DNA of 64,000 bases from an uncultured Chlorobiaceae bacterium (GTDB lineage Bacteria; Bacteroidota; Ignavibacteria; UBA10030; SZUA-254): the NCBI GenBank assembly GCA_964471945.1, contig CAYYIJ010000002.1:10481-74480 (forward strand), given 5' to 3'. Every line of letters starts with the position of its first letter. The first letter of the stretch is position 1. This document shows positions 8,051 to 16,748 of this stretch, piece after piece. The notes under the pieces are model-generated. The model made no database searches and was not told the DNA's origin. It was given only the letters and a program-made list of their open reading frames with translations. A program made the translations under genes and the position numbers.

Positions 8051-9578
8051 GCTAATCAAACTCGAAGAACCTGAATTAATATTTGGACACAACCAGGCTT
8101 TGGAAGATCCAAGAGATGGTTTATCATTATTTGGCCCGCTTAAAGAAAATTCTCCCTTTGGAATCAATTATGGTCTAATTGGAACTGAAGCAGGTATCAA
8201 TAGATTCTACAGATGGCTAAAAACCACTAAGAGTTTGCTTGCTCATAATGAAGTTTCTAAAAGAATACTTTGGATACCATTCCCAGGTTTTGAAGAAATA
8301 TTCAGAATTCCATTTGCTGACGAAGCAATCACAACAAAAATCGTCGATGCCGAAATACTTAAACAAATATTAAAAGACGATGATGCTTTTCAAAGAGTTT
8401 ACAAAGCAGTTGACCTTTTTGAAGAACCAATTAGAGAGTTTTACAAGAGAGCTGATGAAGGAATCAACATTTGGTTTGCAATATCACCAGAATCAGTATT
8501 TAAAGAATGCAGACCTAAGTCTACTATAGATGATCCACTGAAAATAGTGAGCAGGGATGCAATAAAGAAAAGAAAGGAAATAGCGAAGCTAACAAGAGGT
8601 GGACAAGAATTTATTTTTAACGGACAAGAACAGGACTACTTCGCATATAATTTCGATAATGATTTTCGTCGCCAGCTTAAAGCTCGTTTGATTCTTAATA
8701 ATATTAAAGATCCTGTACAGATTATTAGAGAATCTACATTGACACAACAAGACTTCTTAGATAAATGGGGAAATCCTGAACGAGATCTTGAACCTGATTC
8801 TCAAGTCGCATGGAATTTGCTCTCAGCAATTTTTTACAAAGCAGGTGGAAAACCCTGGAAACTTAAGGGAATCAGAGAAGGTGTTTGTTATCTTGGTATG
8901 GTATTTAAAAAATTAGAGGGCGAAACGGATAAACGATCAGCATGTTGTGCGGCTCAAATGTTTCTCGATTCGGGAGATGGGGTGGTGTTTAAAGGAGCTG
9001 TAGGTCCCTGGAAATCACCCGAAGGCGAGGATTATCATCTTGATTACAATGCTGCAAAAGAAATAATTCATAGAGCTGTTGCTGCTTATAAAGATTTATT
9101 TGGAAACAACACTAATCCAAAAGAAATATTCCTACATGGTAGAACTTATTTGAACGAGGAAGAATGGCGAGGTTTTTCAAATATCGCACAGAGTGGAATC
9201 AAGATCGTTGGGATTAGAATCAGGCAAGGCAATTTCAAATTATTCCGTTCAGGGAGATTTCCAGTTCTGCGTGAAATGGCATTAATTGAAAATTATAAGA
9301 AAGGATATTTGTGGAGTACGGGTTTTATACCTAAACTAAAAACCTATCCTTATCAAGGTATTCCCTACCCGTTAGAGATTGATATTTGCAAGGGTGATTC
9401 TGATTTGTTAACAATAATGAAAGATATTTTGGCCCTTACTAAATTGAATTATAATAGTTGTCACTTTGCAGATGCTGTGCCAATCACCTTACAGTTTGCT
9501 CAAAAGATCGGAGATATATTAACGGCAGGTCCAATTGAAAAGGATACTGCCCCATTACCTTTCAAGTTTTATATCTAA
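8043..9578 (+). CDS. Short prokaryotic Argonaute (MID-PIWI, catalytically inactive).
   Basis: PIWI signature YKAGGKPWKL. No Asp at the RNase H catalytic positions. Length of 511 aa matches MID+PIWI-only pAgos. Confidence 0.75.
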   Translation: MAELIKLEEPELIFGHNQALEDPRDGLSLFGPLKENSPFGINYGLIGTEAGINRFYRWLKTTKSLLAHNEVSKRILWIPFPGFEEIFRIPFADEAITTKIVDAEILKQILKDDDAFQRVYKAVDLFEEPIREFYKRADEGINIWFAISPESVFKECRPKSTIDDPLKIVSRDAIKKRKEIAKLTRGGQEFIFNGQEQDYFAYNFDNDFRRQLKARLILNNIKDPVQIIRESTLTQQDFLDKWGNPERDLEPDSQVAWNLLSAIFYKAGGKPWKLKGIREGVCYLGMVFKKLEGETDKRSACCAAQMFLDSGDGVVFKGAVGPWKSPEGEDYHLDYNAAKEIIHRAVAAYKDLFGNNTNPKEIFLHGRTYLNEEEWRGFSNIAQSGIKIVGIRIRQGNFKLFRSGRFPVLREMALIENYKKGYLWSTGFIPKLKTYPYQGIPYPLEIDICKGDSDLLTIMKDILALTKLNYNSCHFADAVPITLQFAQKIGDILTAGPIEKDTAPLPFKFYI

Positions 9579-9809
9579 TCATTTAGTAAACAAAAATTGT
9601 TCTATTTATATCTTCAAAGAATATGTAAGTTTTTCCTTGAGAATTGGTATACCAAAGGATTCTAAAAACAAATCAATCTTGAAACAAGATACTATCTTCA
9701 ATTTTCATTTTTGAAAATCAACGTCTAAAATCTTTCCAGTTTTTCATCTTTTCAACCAAAATCTAACATTTATCTCTGGCATAATAATTGATATTTATAA
9801 ATACCAATT

Positions 9810-10271
9810 ATGAGAGAAGAAACTGCAGAAAACGTAGCAAACGAAGAAATTCCACTCTATACCATCAGCACAGCAGCGAAGTTGTTGGGTATTTCTGTTC
9901 ACACTTTGAGGATGTATGAGCGTGCCGGACTTATATTGCCATTCCAAAAAGAATCAAGTCATCGTCTTTACTCTCAATCGGATATCGAAAGGTTGCGTTG
10001 TATTCGAAAGGCAATTAACGAAGATAAAATCGGAATAGCAGGCATTCAACGTATCCATGCTTTAATACCTTGCTGGGAAATTCTTCCTTGCACCCAAAAA
10101 GATCGGGAACATTGCAATGCTTTTAAAAGTCACCAAGTGGGATGCTGGACATATAATCACAAAAATAATGTATGTGAAAAAAAGGATTGTAGGTTGTGCA
10201 AAGTGTATAAAAAAGCTATGGATTGCAATAGCATAAAGAATAGTATCATCACAGCAACAAATAAAAATTAG
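9810..10271 (+). CDS. MerR-family transcriptional regulator with a Cys-rich C-terminal sensor tail.
   Basis: MerR HTH (YTISTAAKLLGISVHTLRMYERAGLI). The last ~70 aa contain 9 Cys (PCWEILPC...HCNAF...GCW...VCEKKDCRLCK...DC). Confidence 0.7.
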   Translation: MREETAENVANEEIPLYTISTAAKLLGISVHTLRMYERAGLILPFQKESSHRLYSQSDIERLRCIRKAINEDKIGIAGIQRIHALIPCWEILPCTQKDREHCNAFKSHQVGCWTYNHKNNVCEKKDCRLCKVYKKAMDCNSIKNSIITATNKN

Positions 10272-10295
10272 GAAACCAAAATCTCAAAAAGAATT

Positions 10296-11525
10296 ATGAA
10301 AAAACTACTCATACTTGGCGCCGGAACAGCCGGCACGATGATGTTGAACAAATTCAGCGGCGCACTCGATAAACATGAATGGCAGATAACGATCGTCGAT
10401 CAGCATGAAACACACTACTACCAACCCGGATTTTTATTTATCCCGTTCGATATTTACACGAAGAAAGATGTCATAAAACCGAAAAGAGATTTCTTTCCCG
10501 CAAGTACAAACGTTGTGGTATCCGAAATTCAAAAGATCGAGCCAGAAAACAATCGCGTTCTTCTTGCTAACAACGCTGTACTGCCATACGATTACCTGAT
10601 AATTGCAACCGGTGCAAAAATTAATCCCGATCAAACCGAAGGAATGACTGGCGAATTGTGGCGGAAAAATATATTCGACTTTTATACCATCGAAGGGGCT
10701 TGTGCTCTGCGGGAATTTTTCAAACGCTGGCAGGGCGGCAAGCTCGTTATCAACATAACCGAAATGCCGATTAAGTGTCCGGTAGCACCTCTCGAGTTTG
10801 CATTCCTTGCCGATTGGTATTTTACGGAAAAAGGAATCAGGAATAATGTCGATATTCATTTCGTCACTCCACTTCCAGGTGCATTTACAAAACCGCGGGC
10901 ATCGGCGATACTCGGCGACTTCCTTGATAAAAAGAATATCCATCAAACCACCGAGTTCAACATTGCTCGGGTCGATAATGAAACTAAAAAAATAGTTTCC
11001 TGGGATGAAAATGAAATTCCGTTTGACGTCCTCGTAACCATCCCGACGAATATGGGCGACGAGGTTATCGCTAGAAGCGGTATGGGAGATGAATTGAATT
11101 TCGTTCCGACCGACAAAGAGACACTCCGGGCAAAGAATCATGACAATATCTTTGTCATCGGCGATGCGACCGATTTACCAAGCTCGAAGGCAGGTTCAGT
11201 TGCTCACTTCCAATCAGATATTTTGTTCGAGAATTTTATGAATATCATCGATGGCAGAGAGCCGCAGGAAAAATTCGACGGGCACGCTAACTGTTTCATC
11301 GAATCGGGTTTTGGAAAAGGTATACTGATCGACTTCAATTACGATACCGAACCGCTGCCCGGCAAATTTCCGCTGCCCGGTGTCGGACCATTCTCTCTTC
11401 TTGAAGAAACAAAGATGAATCATTACGGCAAGATTATGTTCAGGTGGATGTATTGGAATTTCCTGTTAAAGGGATTAGAACTGCCCATCGAATCCAACAT
11501 GTCAATGGCTGGTAAGAGGTTATAA
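10296..11525 (+). CDS. FAD-dependent pyridine nucleotide-disulfide oxidoreductase, sulfide:quinone oxidoreductase-like.
   Basis: N-terminal GAGTAG dinucleotide-binding motif; ~410 aa. Genomic context with DUF1641, DsrC/TusE and DsrE-like genes. Confidence 0.65.
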   Translation: MKKLLILGAGTAGTMMLNKFSGALDKHEWQITIVDQHETHYYQPGFLFIPFDIYTKKDVIKPKRDFFPASTNVVVSEIQKIEPENNRVLLANNAVLPYDYLIIATGAKINPDQTEGMTGELWRKNIFDFYTIEGACALREFFKRWQGGKLVINITEMPIKCPVAPLEFAFLADWYFTEKGIRNNVDIHFVTPLPGAFTKPRASAILGDFLDKKNIHQTTEFNIARVDNETKKIVSWDENEIPFDVLVTIPTNMGDEVIARSGMGDELNFVPTDKETLRAKNHDNIFVIGDATDLPSSKAGSVAHFQSDILFENFMNIIDGREPQEKFDGHANCFIESGFGKGILIDFNYDTEPLPGKFPLPGVGPFSLLEETKMNHYGKIMFRWMYWNFLLKGLELPIESNMSMAGKRL

Positions 11526-11526
11526 A

Positions 11527-12198
11527 ATGAATGAAGAAAGTTTACAGCTTAAAATCGATGTAATCAATATGAAATTAGATTTAATTCTTGAAGAGATAGA
11601 CCTCCAAAAGCGTCATCGTCGCGAGATGGATGACTTGAAAGACGATCTTATGCGCGTTGGCAAAGACGTTTATCAAACAGCGGTTGTAGAATTAGAGGAT
11701 GTGCATGATTATCTGAACACGGGCGATGTTTTATTTTTGGGAAAGAAAATCCTTCGCAATGTTGGAACGCTGACAAAAACATTCGAACAGCTCGAAAGCA
11801 TCAGAGATTTTCTTCAAGATGCAGCTCCGTTGGCGCGAGAATCGTTTATAGACTTTATGAATAAATTAGACGAGTTCGACCGTAAAGGTTACTTTACCTT
11901 CATGAAAGAATTGGGGAAAGTCGCAGATAGAGTTGTAACATCCTTCACGCCTGAAGATGTGAAGCATCTCGGTGATAATATCGTCACGATTATCAACACA
12001 GTTAAAAGTCTGACTCAACCGGATATGCTTCATACAATCAACAACGCGCTTTCTGTTTATAAGAGAATGGATATCGAAGTGAAAGAAGATGTTTCTCTTC
12101 TTTCGCTTTTAAAAGAACTGAACACGCCAGAAGCAAAACGCGGCTTGGCTTTCGCAATAAGATTTTTGAAAAGCTTGGTAAATCCAATAAAAGAATAA
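11527..12198 (+). CDS. DUF1641-family protein, a common partner of SQR / type-II NADH dehydrogenase genes.
   Basis: A 223-aa helical protein immediately downstream of the flavoprotein; identified by gene-context pattern. Confidence 0.5.
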   Translation: MNEESLQLKIDVINMKLDLILEEIDLQKRHRREMDDLKDDLMRVGKDVYQTAVVELEDVHDYLNTGDVLFLGKKILRNVGTLTKTFEQLESIRDFLQDAAPLARESFIDFMNKLDEFDRKGYFTFMKELGKVADRVVTSFTPEDVKHLGDNIVTIINTVKSLTQPDMLHTINNALSVYKRMDIEVKEDVSLLSLLKELNTPEAKRGLAFAIRFLKSLVNPIKE

Positions 12199-12214
12199 AA
12201 TAAAAGGAGATTAT

Positions 12215-12532
12215 ATGGCAACAAAAGTAATAGCAGGAAAAACAATCGAGTTTGATGCAGATGGACATCTGGCAAAACGCTCGGATTGGAACGAAGAGAC
12301 GGCAAAAGAGTTGGCAAAGGAGGAAGGGATCGATAATCTAACAGATCGTCACTGGCTTGTCATCAAATATATGCAAAAGGAATTCAATGAAAAAGGCGAC
12401 GCACCATCAATCAGAAAATTAACAAAGGAAAGCGGTGTCGATACAAAAGAGTTATACGCACTGTTTCCGAAAGGACCTGCAAAAAAGGCGGCGAAGATAG
12501 CAGGTCTTCCAAAACCAAAAGGTTGTATTTAA
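12215..12532 (+). CDS. TusE/DsrC-family sulfur relay protein.
   Basis: 105 aa with the conserved C-terminal arm ...PKPKGCI (penultimate Cys), typical of DsrC/TusE. A good SD sequence (AAAGGAG) precedes it. Confidence 0.7.
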   Translation: MATKVIAGKTIEFDADGHLAKRSDWNEETAKELAKEEGIDNLTDRHWLVIKYMQKEFNEKGDAPSIRKLTKESGVDTKELYALFPKGPAKKAAKIAGLPKPKGCI

Positions 12533-12549
12533 CATAAGGAGAAAAAGTT

Positions 12550-13050
12550 ATGAATGACATTTATGAACCAATAAAAAAAGTTTCAATCGTTGTATCCAGA
12601 GGCTCGCTCGAAGGAGTTTATCCGGGATTGATAATGGCAAACGGTGCAAGGATGGAAGGAATTGAAGCAACACTCTTTTTTACCTTCTTCGGCTTGCATG
12701 CAATCATCAATAAAAAAATGGATAAGATTAAAGTCGCTACGGTTGGAAATCCAGCAATGTGTGTTCCCTCGGCAATGGGACCCGGGCTTCCGACGTGGAT
12801 GGGTGCAATTCCAGGCATGTCGTGGTTTGCAACCGGAATGATGAAAAAAGAAATAGAGAAACTCGATATACCTCCGATAAGGGAATTTATCGAAATGATC
12901 CATGATGCCGGCTGTGAGATTTATGGATGTAAAGCAACGGTCGATATGTTCCATCTGACGAAAGAAGATTTTTGTCCGCAAGTTGATGATATCATATCGG
13001 TCGGTCAGTTTTATGAAAAATCTGCTGGGGCGCAGATCATCTTTACCTGA
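12550..13050 (+). CDS. DsrE/DsrF-like family protein.
   Basis: A ~165-aa DsrE-like fold with conserved Cys; SD sequence AAGGAG upstream; sulfur-cluster context. Confidence 0.5.
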   Translation: MNDIYEPIKKVSIVVSRGSLEGVYPGLIMANGARMEGIEATLFFTFFGLHAIINKKMDKIKVATVGNPAMCVPSAMGPGLPTWMGAIPGMSWFATGMMKKEIEKLDIPPIREFIEMIHDAGCEIYGCKATVDMFHLTKEDFCPQVDDIISVGQFYEKSAGAQIIFT

Positions 13051-13119
13051 TAGGCAACAGATTTTTTTTCTGGTATATTTCTAAAAATATATTTACATTG
13101 AGCAAAGAAAATTATTCTT

Positions 13120-13290
13120 TGGTTTCGTCTCCGAGTTTCACAACCTAAGTCTTAGAGATATGGTTGTGTAACCGATGAGTCTGCGGACTCTTCCCAATAA
13201 TAAGAGATTGGGAAAACGGTGATGGCGGAAACGGCATCGCCACCCGGCTTGTCCCGAATTTGTTTTGGGACTTGGAAAGGAGAGATAAAT
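13120..13290 (+). promoter_or_regulatory. Structured 5' leader of moaA; candidate Moco (molybdenum cofactor) riboswitch.
   Basis: A GC-rich patch with four clean hairpins (CACAACC/GGTTGTG, TCCCAAT/ATTGGGA, GTCCC/GGGAC, GGTGATGGCG/GCCATCGCC-like), directly upstream of the Moco biosynthesis operon. The Moco motif itself could not be verified by eye. Confidence 0.35.
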
Positions 13291-13385
13291 AATTTTATCA
13301 TTTATTCATTCCAAGAAGAGATGGGGATTTTTATTTTAATGCAAAAGTTAAAATTAAAAATGAAAAAATATTTATTTATGAAAAA

Positions 13386-14396
13386 ATGATGCCATTAATT
13401 GATTCTTTTAGAAGAGAACATAAATATCTTCGTATATCAGTAACTGATAGGTGCAATCTTCGATGCAGCTACTGCCAGCCCGCCGATGGCGTTCTGGCGG
13501 GCATGCCCCCGCAAGGTATTAAGTTAAAAGAACGGAGCGAGATATTGAGCTTCGATGAAATTGAGCGGGCTGTCAAAATATTTTCTTCGATGGGTATAAA
13601 CAAAATCCGGATCACGGGTGGCGAGCCGTTGGTTAGAAAAGATTTACCAAGGCTTATTCAGAGATTGGCAATTATCTCCGGGATCGAAACCGTAGGTGTA
13701 ACGACAAACGGAGTTCTCTTAAAATCATTCGCTGCCCAGCTAAGGCAAGCTGGAGTTACGAACTTGAATTTCAGCTTAGATTCTTTACACCAATCGCGGT
13801 TCGAAGAAATTTCAGGTCAGAATTATTTCAACGATGTAATTAATGGAATTGAAGCCGCGCTTGTGGCGGGTTTTCAGCCGCTCAAACTGAATGTAGTAGT
13901 AATGGGCGGTATCAACGATGATGAACTTATCGACTTCATCGAATTTGTTCGCAATAAACCTATTAATGTTCGCTTTATCGAGTATATGCCTTTTAAATTT
14001 AATGGCTGGGGTAAAGCCATCTTTGTTTCTTATCAAGAGATGATAAAAAAAATCGAGCAAAGGTATAAATTAATTCCATTGCAAACAAACATTTCATCTA
14101 ACACCAAGGATTATTGGATTGATGGAGTGGTAGGAACTATAAGTTTTATAACGCCGATGTCTGACCATTTTTGCGGAACATGTAATCGTATTCGATTGAC
14201 CGCCGATGGCTTGATAAAGTCCTGCCTGTTTCACCCAGCGGAAATAAATTTACGCTCAGCTCTTCGCAACGGTGAAACCGATGATACAATCAAAGAGATG
14301 ATATATTCAGCACTTAAACAAAAACAATATACGCATCCGGTTTTGGAAGCTTTAGCGGGTATTGAAAACCAGAGTATGGCGGAAATTGGCGGCTAA
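13386..14396 (+). CDS. moaA: GTP 3',8-cyclase MoaA (radical SAM).
   Basis: CNLRCSYC radical-SAM motif plus a C-terminal Cys cluster (CGTCNRIRL). Confidence 0.9.
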   Translation: MMPLIDSFRREHKYLRISVTDRCNLRCSYCQPADGVLAGMPPQGIKLKERSEILSFDEIERAVKIFSSMGINKIRITGGEPLVRKDLPRLIQRLAIISGIETVGVTTNGVLLKSFAAQLRQAGVTNLNFSLDSLHQSRFEEISGQNYFNDVINGIEAALVAGFQPLKLNVVVMGGINDDELIDFIEFVRNKPINVRFIEYMPFKFNGWGKAIFVSYQEMIKKIEQRYKLIPLQTNISSNTKDYWIDGVVGTISFITPMSDHFCGTCNRIRLTADGLIKSCLFHPAEINLRSALRNGETDDTIKEMIYSALKQKQYTHPVLEALAGIENQSMAEIGG

Positions 14397-14423
14397 TTTG
14401 AATACATTACGTCCTTTGCAACT

Positions 14424-15383
14424 TTGCGAGAGAATATTTCACGCAAAGCCGCTAAGTCAACAAAGGGAAATATTATGATTGATATATCAAACAAAATAAA
14501 AACACTAAGAACTGCCATTGCGCAGGCAACACTCAAACTTTCAAACAACACTATCGAGCTTGTTCATCAAAATAAAATCCCAAAAGGTGATCCACTTTCT
14601 GTCGCAAAAGTAGCCGCAGTCCAAGCCGCCAAAAACACAAGTCAAATTATTCCATACTGCCATCCAATCCCCGTCGATTATGTTGGAGTTGATTTTGAGT
14701 TTGGTGATAAAAAGATTGATGTTACCGTTACTGTAAAAGCGATCTATAAAACCGGCGTTGAGATGGAAGCTTTAACTGCTGCATCGGTTGCAGTATTAAC
14801 ACTTTACGACATGATGAAGATGCTCGATGATAAGATGGAAATCGTTTGGGTGAAATTAATCGAGAAGAGTGGTGGTAAATCGGACTTTAAAACAAAATAC
14901 GATAAACCTCTCCGTGCTGCGGTGCTTGTAATGTCTGATTCAATTGCAACTGGAACAAAATCGGATTTATCGGGACAACTTATAGTCGAACGTCTGAAAA
15001 AGGAAGGCGTTGAAATAATAGATTACAAAATCGTTCCAGACGATGTAGAAAAAATCAGTCAGGTATTAATTCATTATTCAGATGAAGAAAAATTAGATTT
15101 GGTGATGACAACAGGAGGTACAGGTTTTAGTCCGAGGGATTGCACGCCTGAAGCAATGCAAAAAGTAATCGAAAGAGAAATACCCGGAATTCCTGAAACC
15201 ACAAGGAGTTACGGTCAGGAGCGGACGCCCTTTTCTATGCTTTCACGTGCAAAATCCGGGTTGCGTGGAAAAACTTTGATAGTAAATTTGCCCGGCTCAA
15301 AGAAAGGCGTTGCCGATTCTTTGAACGCACTCTTTCCCGGATTATTGCACTCATTCAAAATGATGTGGGGAGGAGGACACTGA
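14424..15383 (+). CDS. moaC: Bifunctional MoaC (cyclic pyranopterin monophosphate synthase) - MogA/MoaB (molybdopterin adenylyltransferase) fusion.
   Basis: N-terminal half is MoaC-like (GDPLSVAKVAAVQAAK...EMEALTAASVAVLTLYDM). C-terminal half is MogA/MoaB-like (VLVMSDS...TTGGTGFSPRD). The start may be the internal Met (MIDIS). Confidence 0.85.
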   Translation: MRENISRKAAKSTKGNIMIDISNKIKTLRTAIAQATLKLSNNTIELVHQNKIPKGDPLSVAKVAAVQAAKNTSQIIPYCHPIPVDYVGVDFEFGDKKIDVTVTVKAIYKTGVEMEALTAASVAVLTLYDMMKMLDDKMEIVWVKLIEKSGGKSDFKTKYDKPLRAAVLVMSDSIATGTKSDLSGQLIVERLKKEGVEIIDYKIVPDDVEKISQVLIHYSDEEKLDLVMTTGGTGFSPRDCTPEAMQKVIEREIPGIPETTRSYGQERTPFSMLSRAKSGLRGKTLIVNLPGSKKGVADSLNALFPGLLHSFKMMWGGGH

Positions 15384-15460
15384 ATCAATGCAAAAGTCAA
15401 AAGTAAAAAATAAAAAGATTTACCTAACAGTCTATTCATCTTTGCTAGATGTAGAAATTT

Positions 15461-16675
15461 ATGATAACTTTTGAAAAAGCAATAGAGAAAATTTTAAAAC
15501 ATACACATCGGTTGCCAGCGATAACTATAAGTTTATCTGAATCGCTTGGATATGTTCTTGCAGAAAAGATCAAAACGAAAGAACCGTTACCACGGTTCGA
15601 TTCTTCAGCTGTGGATGGATATGCGGTCAGGATTGAAGATTTTAATAGCGATTCTAAGAAATCATTAACCACTCTGCCAGTTATTGGTGAAGTTAAATCA
15701 GGCGATACCATTATACCGATCTTGCGGAAAGGTTTTGCGATAAAGATATTTACAGGTGCTGTTGTTCCAAGGAATGCAGCTGCCGTTGTGATGCAAGAGA
15801 ATACCAAAGAAAAAAATCATGCTGTTAAAATTTTAAGAAAACCAAGGAAAGGCGAGAATATCCGTCGAGCAGGCGAAGAATTTGTAAAAGGCGGAACCGT
15901 AATTGAACAAGGCACACACATTACACCGCCCGTTATTGGTCTGCTGGCATCAATGGGATATACAAAAATTCGTGTCCACCGTAAACCTAAAGTCGGGTTG
16001 ATTGTAACGGGGAATGAATTGAAGTCGTTAAATTCGAAATTGCGACTTGGCGAGATATACGATTCAAACTCGGATGCACTCTCCGCTTGTCTGACTTCAC
16101 TCGGTATAAAACCGCTGGTTGTTATGCGAACTAAAGACAATAAGAAATCAATCCGCTTAGCATTATCGAAAGCTATTCAACTTTCGGATGTTATTATTTC
16201 AATCGGTGGTGTTTCTGTAGGTGAGTATGATTTTGTAAAAGAAGTTTTACTTGAGCTGGGAGTCAAGAAAATATTTTGGAAGGTTGCAATAAAACCCGGG
16301 AAACCAAATTTCTTCGGCATCAAAGGGAAAAAGTTGATATTTGGATTGCCTGGTAATCCCGTTGCAGCATTGGTTTCTTTTCATCAATTAGTGAAACCCG
16401 CCATCAATAAGCTCGTGGGATTGGAAAATGAAAATAAATTTGTTTCCACTGCGAAACTTCAGGCAGCGTTGCGAAAGAACCAGGGGCGTTTAGAGTTTGT
16501 ACGTGGAATATTTTCGAGAAATTCTGATGGTGAGTTAATCGTAACTCCAACTAAAGGACAAGATTCGCATATACTCAGTGGACTTACGAATGCAAATTGC
16601 TTGATCAATTTTCCCAAGGATGATAATCATCTTAAAAAAGGTTCAAGTGTGGAAGTAGAGTTGTTAAGATGGTGA
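15461..16675 (+). CDS. moeA: Molybdopterin molybdotransferase MoeA.
   Basis: MoeA domain order and the GGVSVGEYD, GLPGNPVAA motifs. Confidence 0.85.
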   Translation: MITFEKAIEKILKHTHRLPAITISLSESLGYVLAEKIKTKEPLPRFDSSAVDGYAVRIEDFNSDSKKSLTTLPVIGEVKSGDTIIPILRKGFAIKIFTGAVVPRNAAAVVMQENTKEKNHAVKILRKPRKGENIRRAGEEFVKGGTVIEQGTHITPPVIGLLASMGYTKIRVHRKPKVGLIVTGNELKSLNSKLRLGEIYDSNSDALSACLTSLGIKPLVVMRTKDNKKSIRLALSKAIQLSDVIISIGGVSVGEYDFVKEVLLELGVKKIFWKVAIKPGKPNFFGIKGKKLIFGLPGNPVAALVSFHQLVKPAINKLVGLENENKFVSTAKLQAALRKNQGRLEFVRGIFSRNSDGELIVTPTKGQDSHILSGLTNANCLINFPKDDNHLKKGSSVEVELLRW

Positions 16676-16682
16676 GGATGAG

Positions 16683-16726
16683 AATTGGAAAAATTGAAAA
16701 GATTGAAAAGATTGAAATGATTATAA
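16683..16726. repeat. Short tandem repeat, about four copies of a 9-mer (ATTGAAAAG-like), in the moeA-MOSC intergenic region.
   Basis: Direct reading: gaattggaaaaattgaaaagattgaaaagattgaaatgatt. Confidence 0.5.
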
Positions 16727-16748
16727 TCTGGCAAAGAATTAACAACAA

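Noticed and set aside
10434-11423. Antisense ORFs (10434..11141, 11214..11423) inside the SQR-like gene.
   Set aside because: They are fully embedded antisense to a conserved flavoprotein gene with no independent signals.
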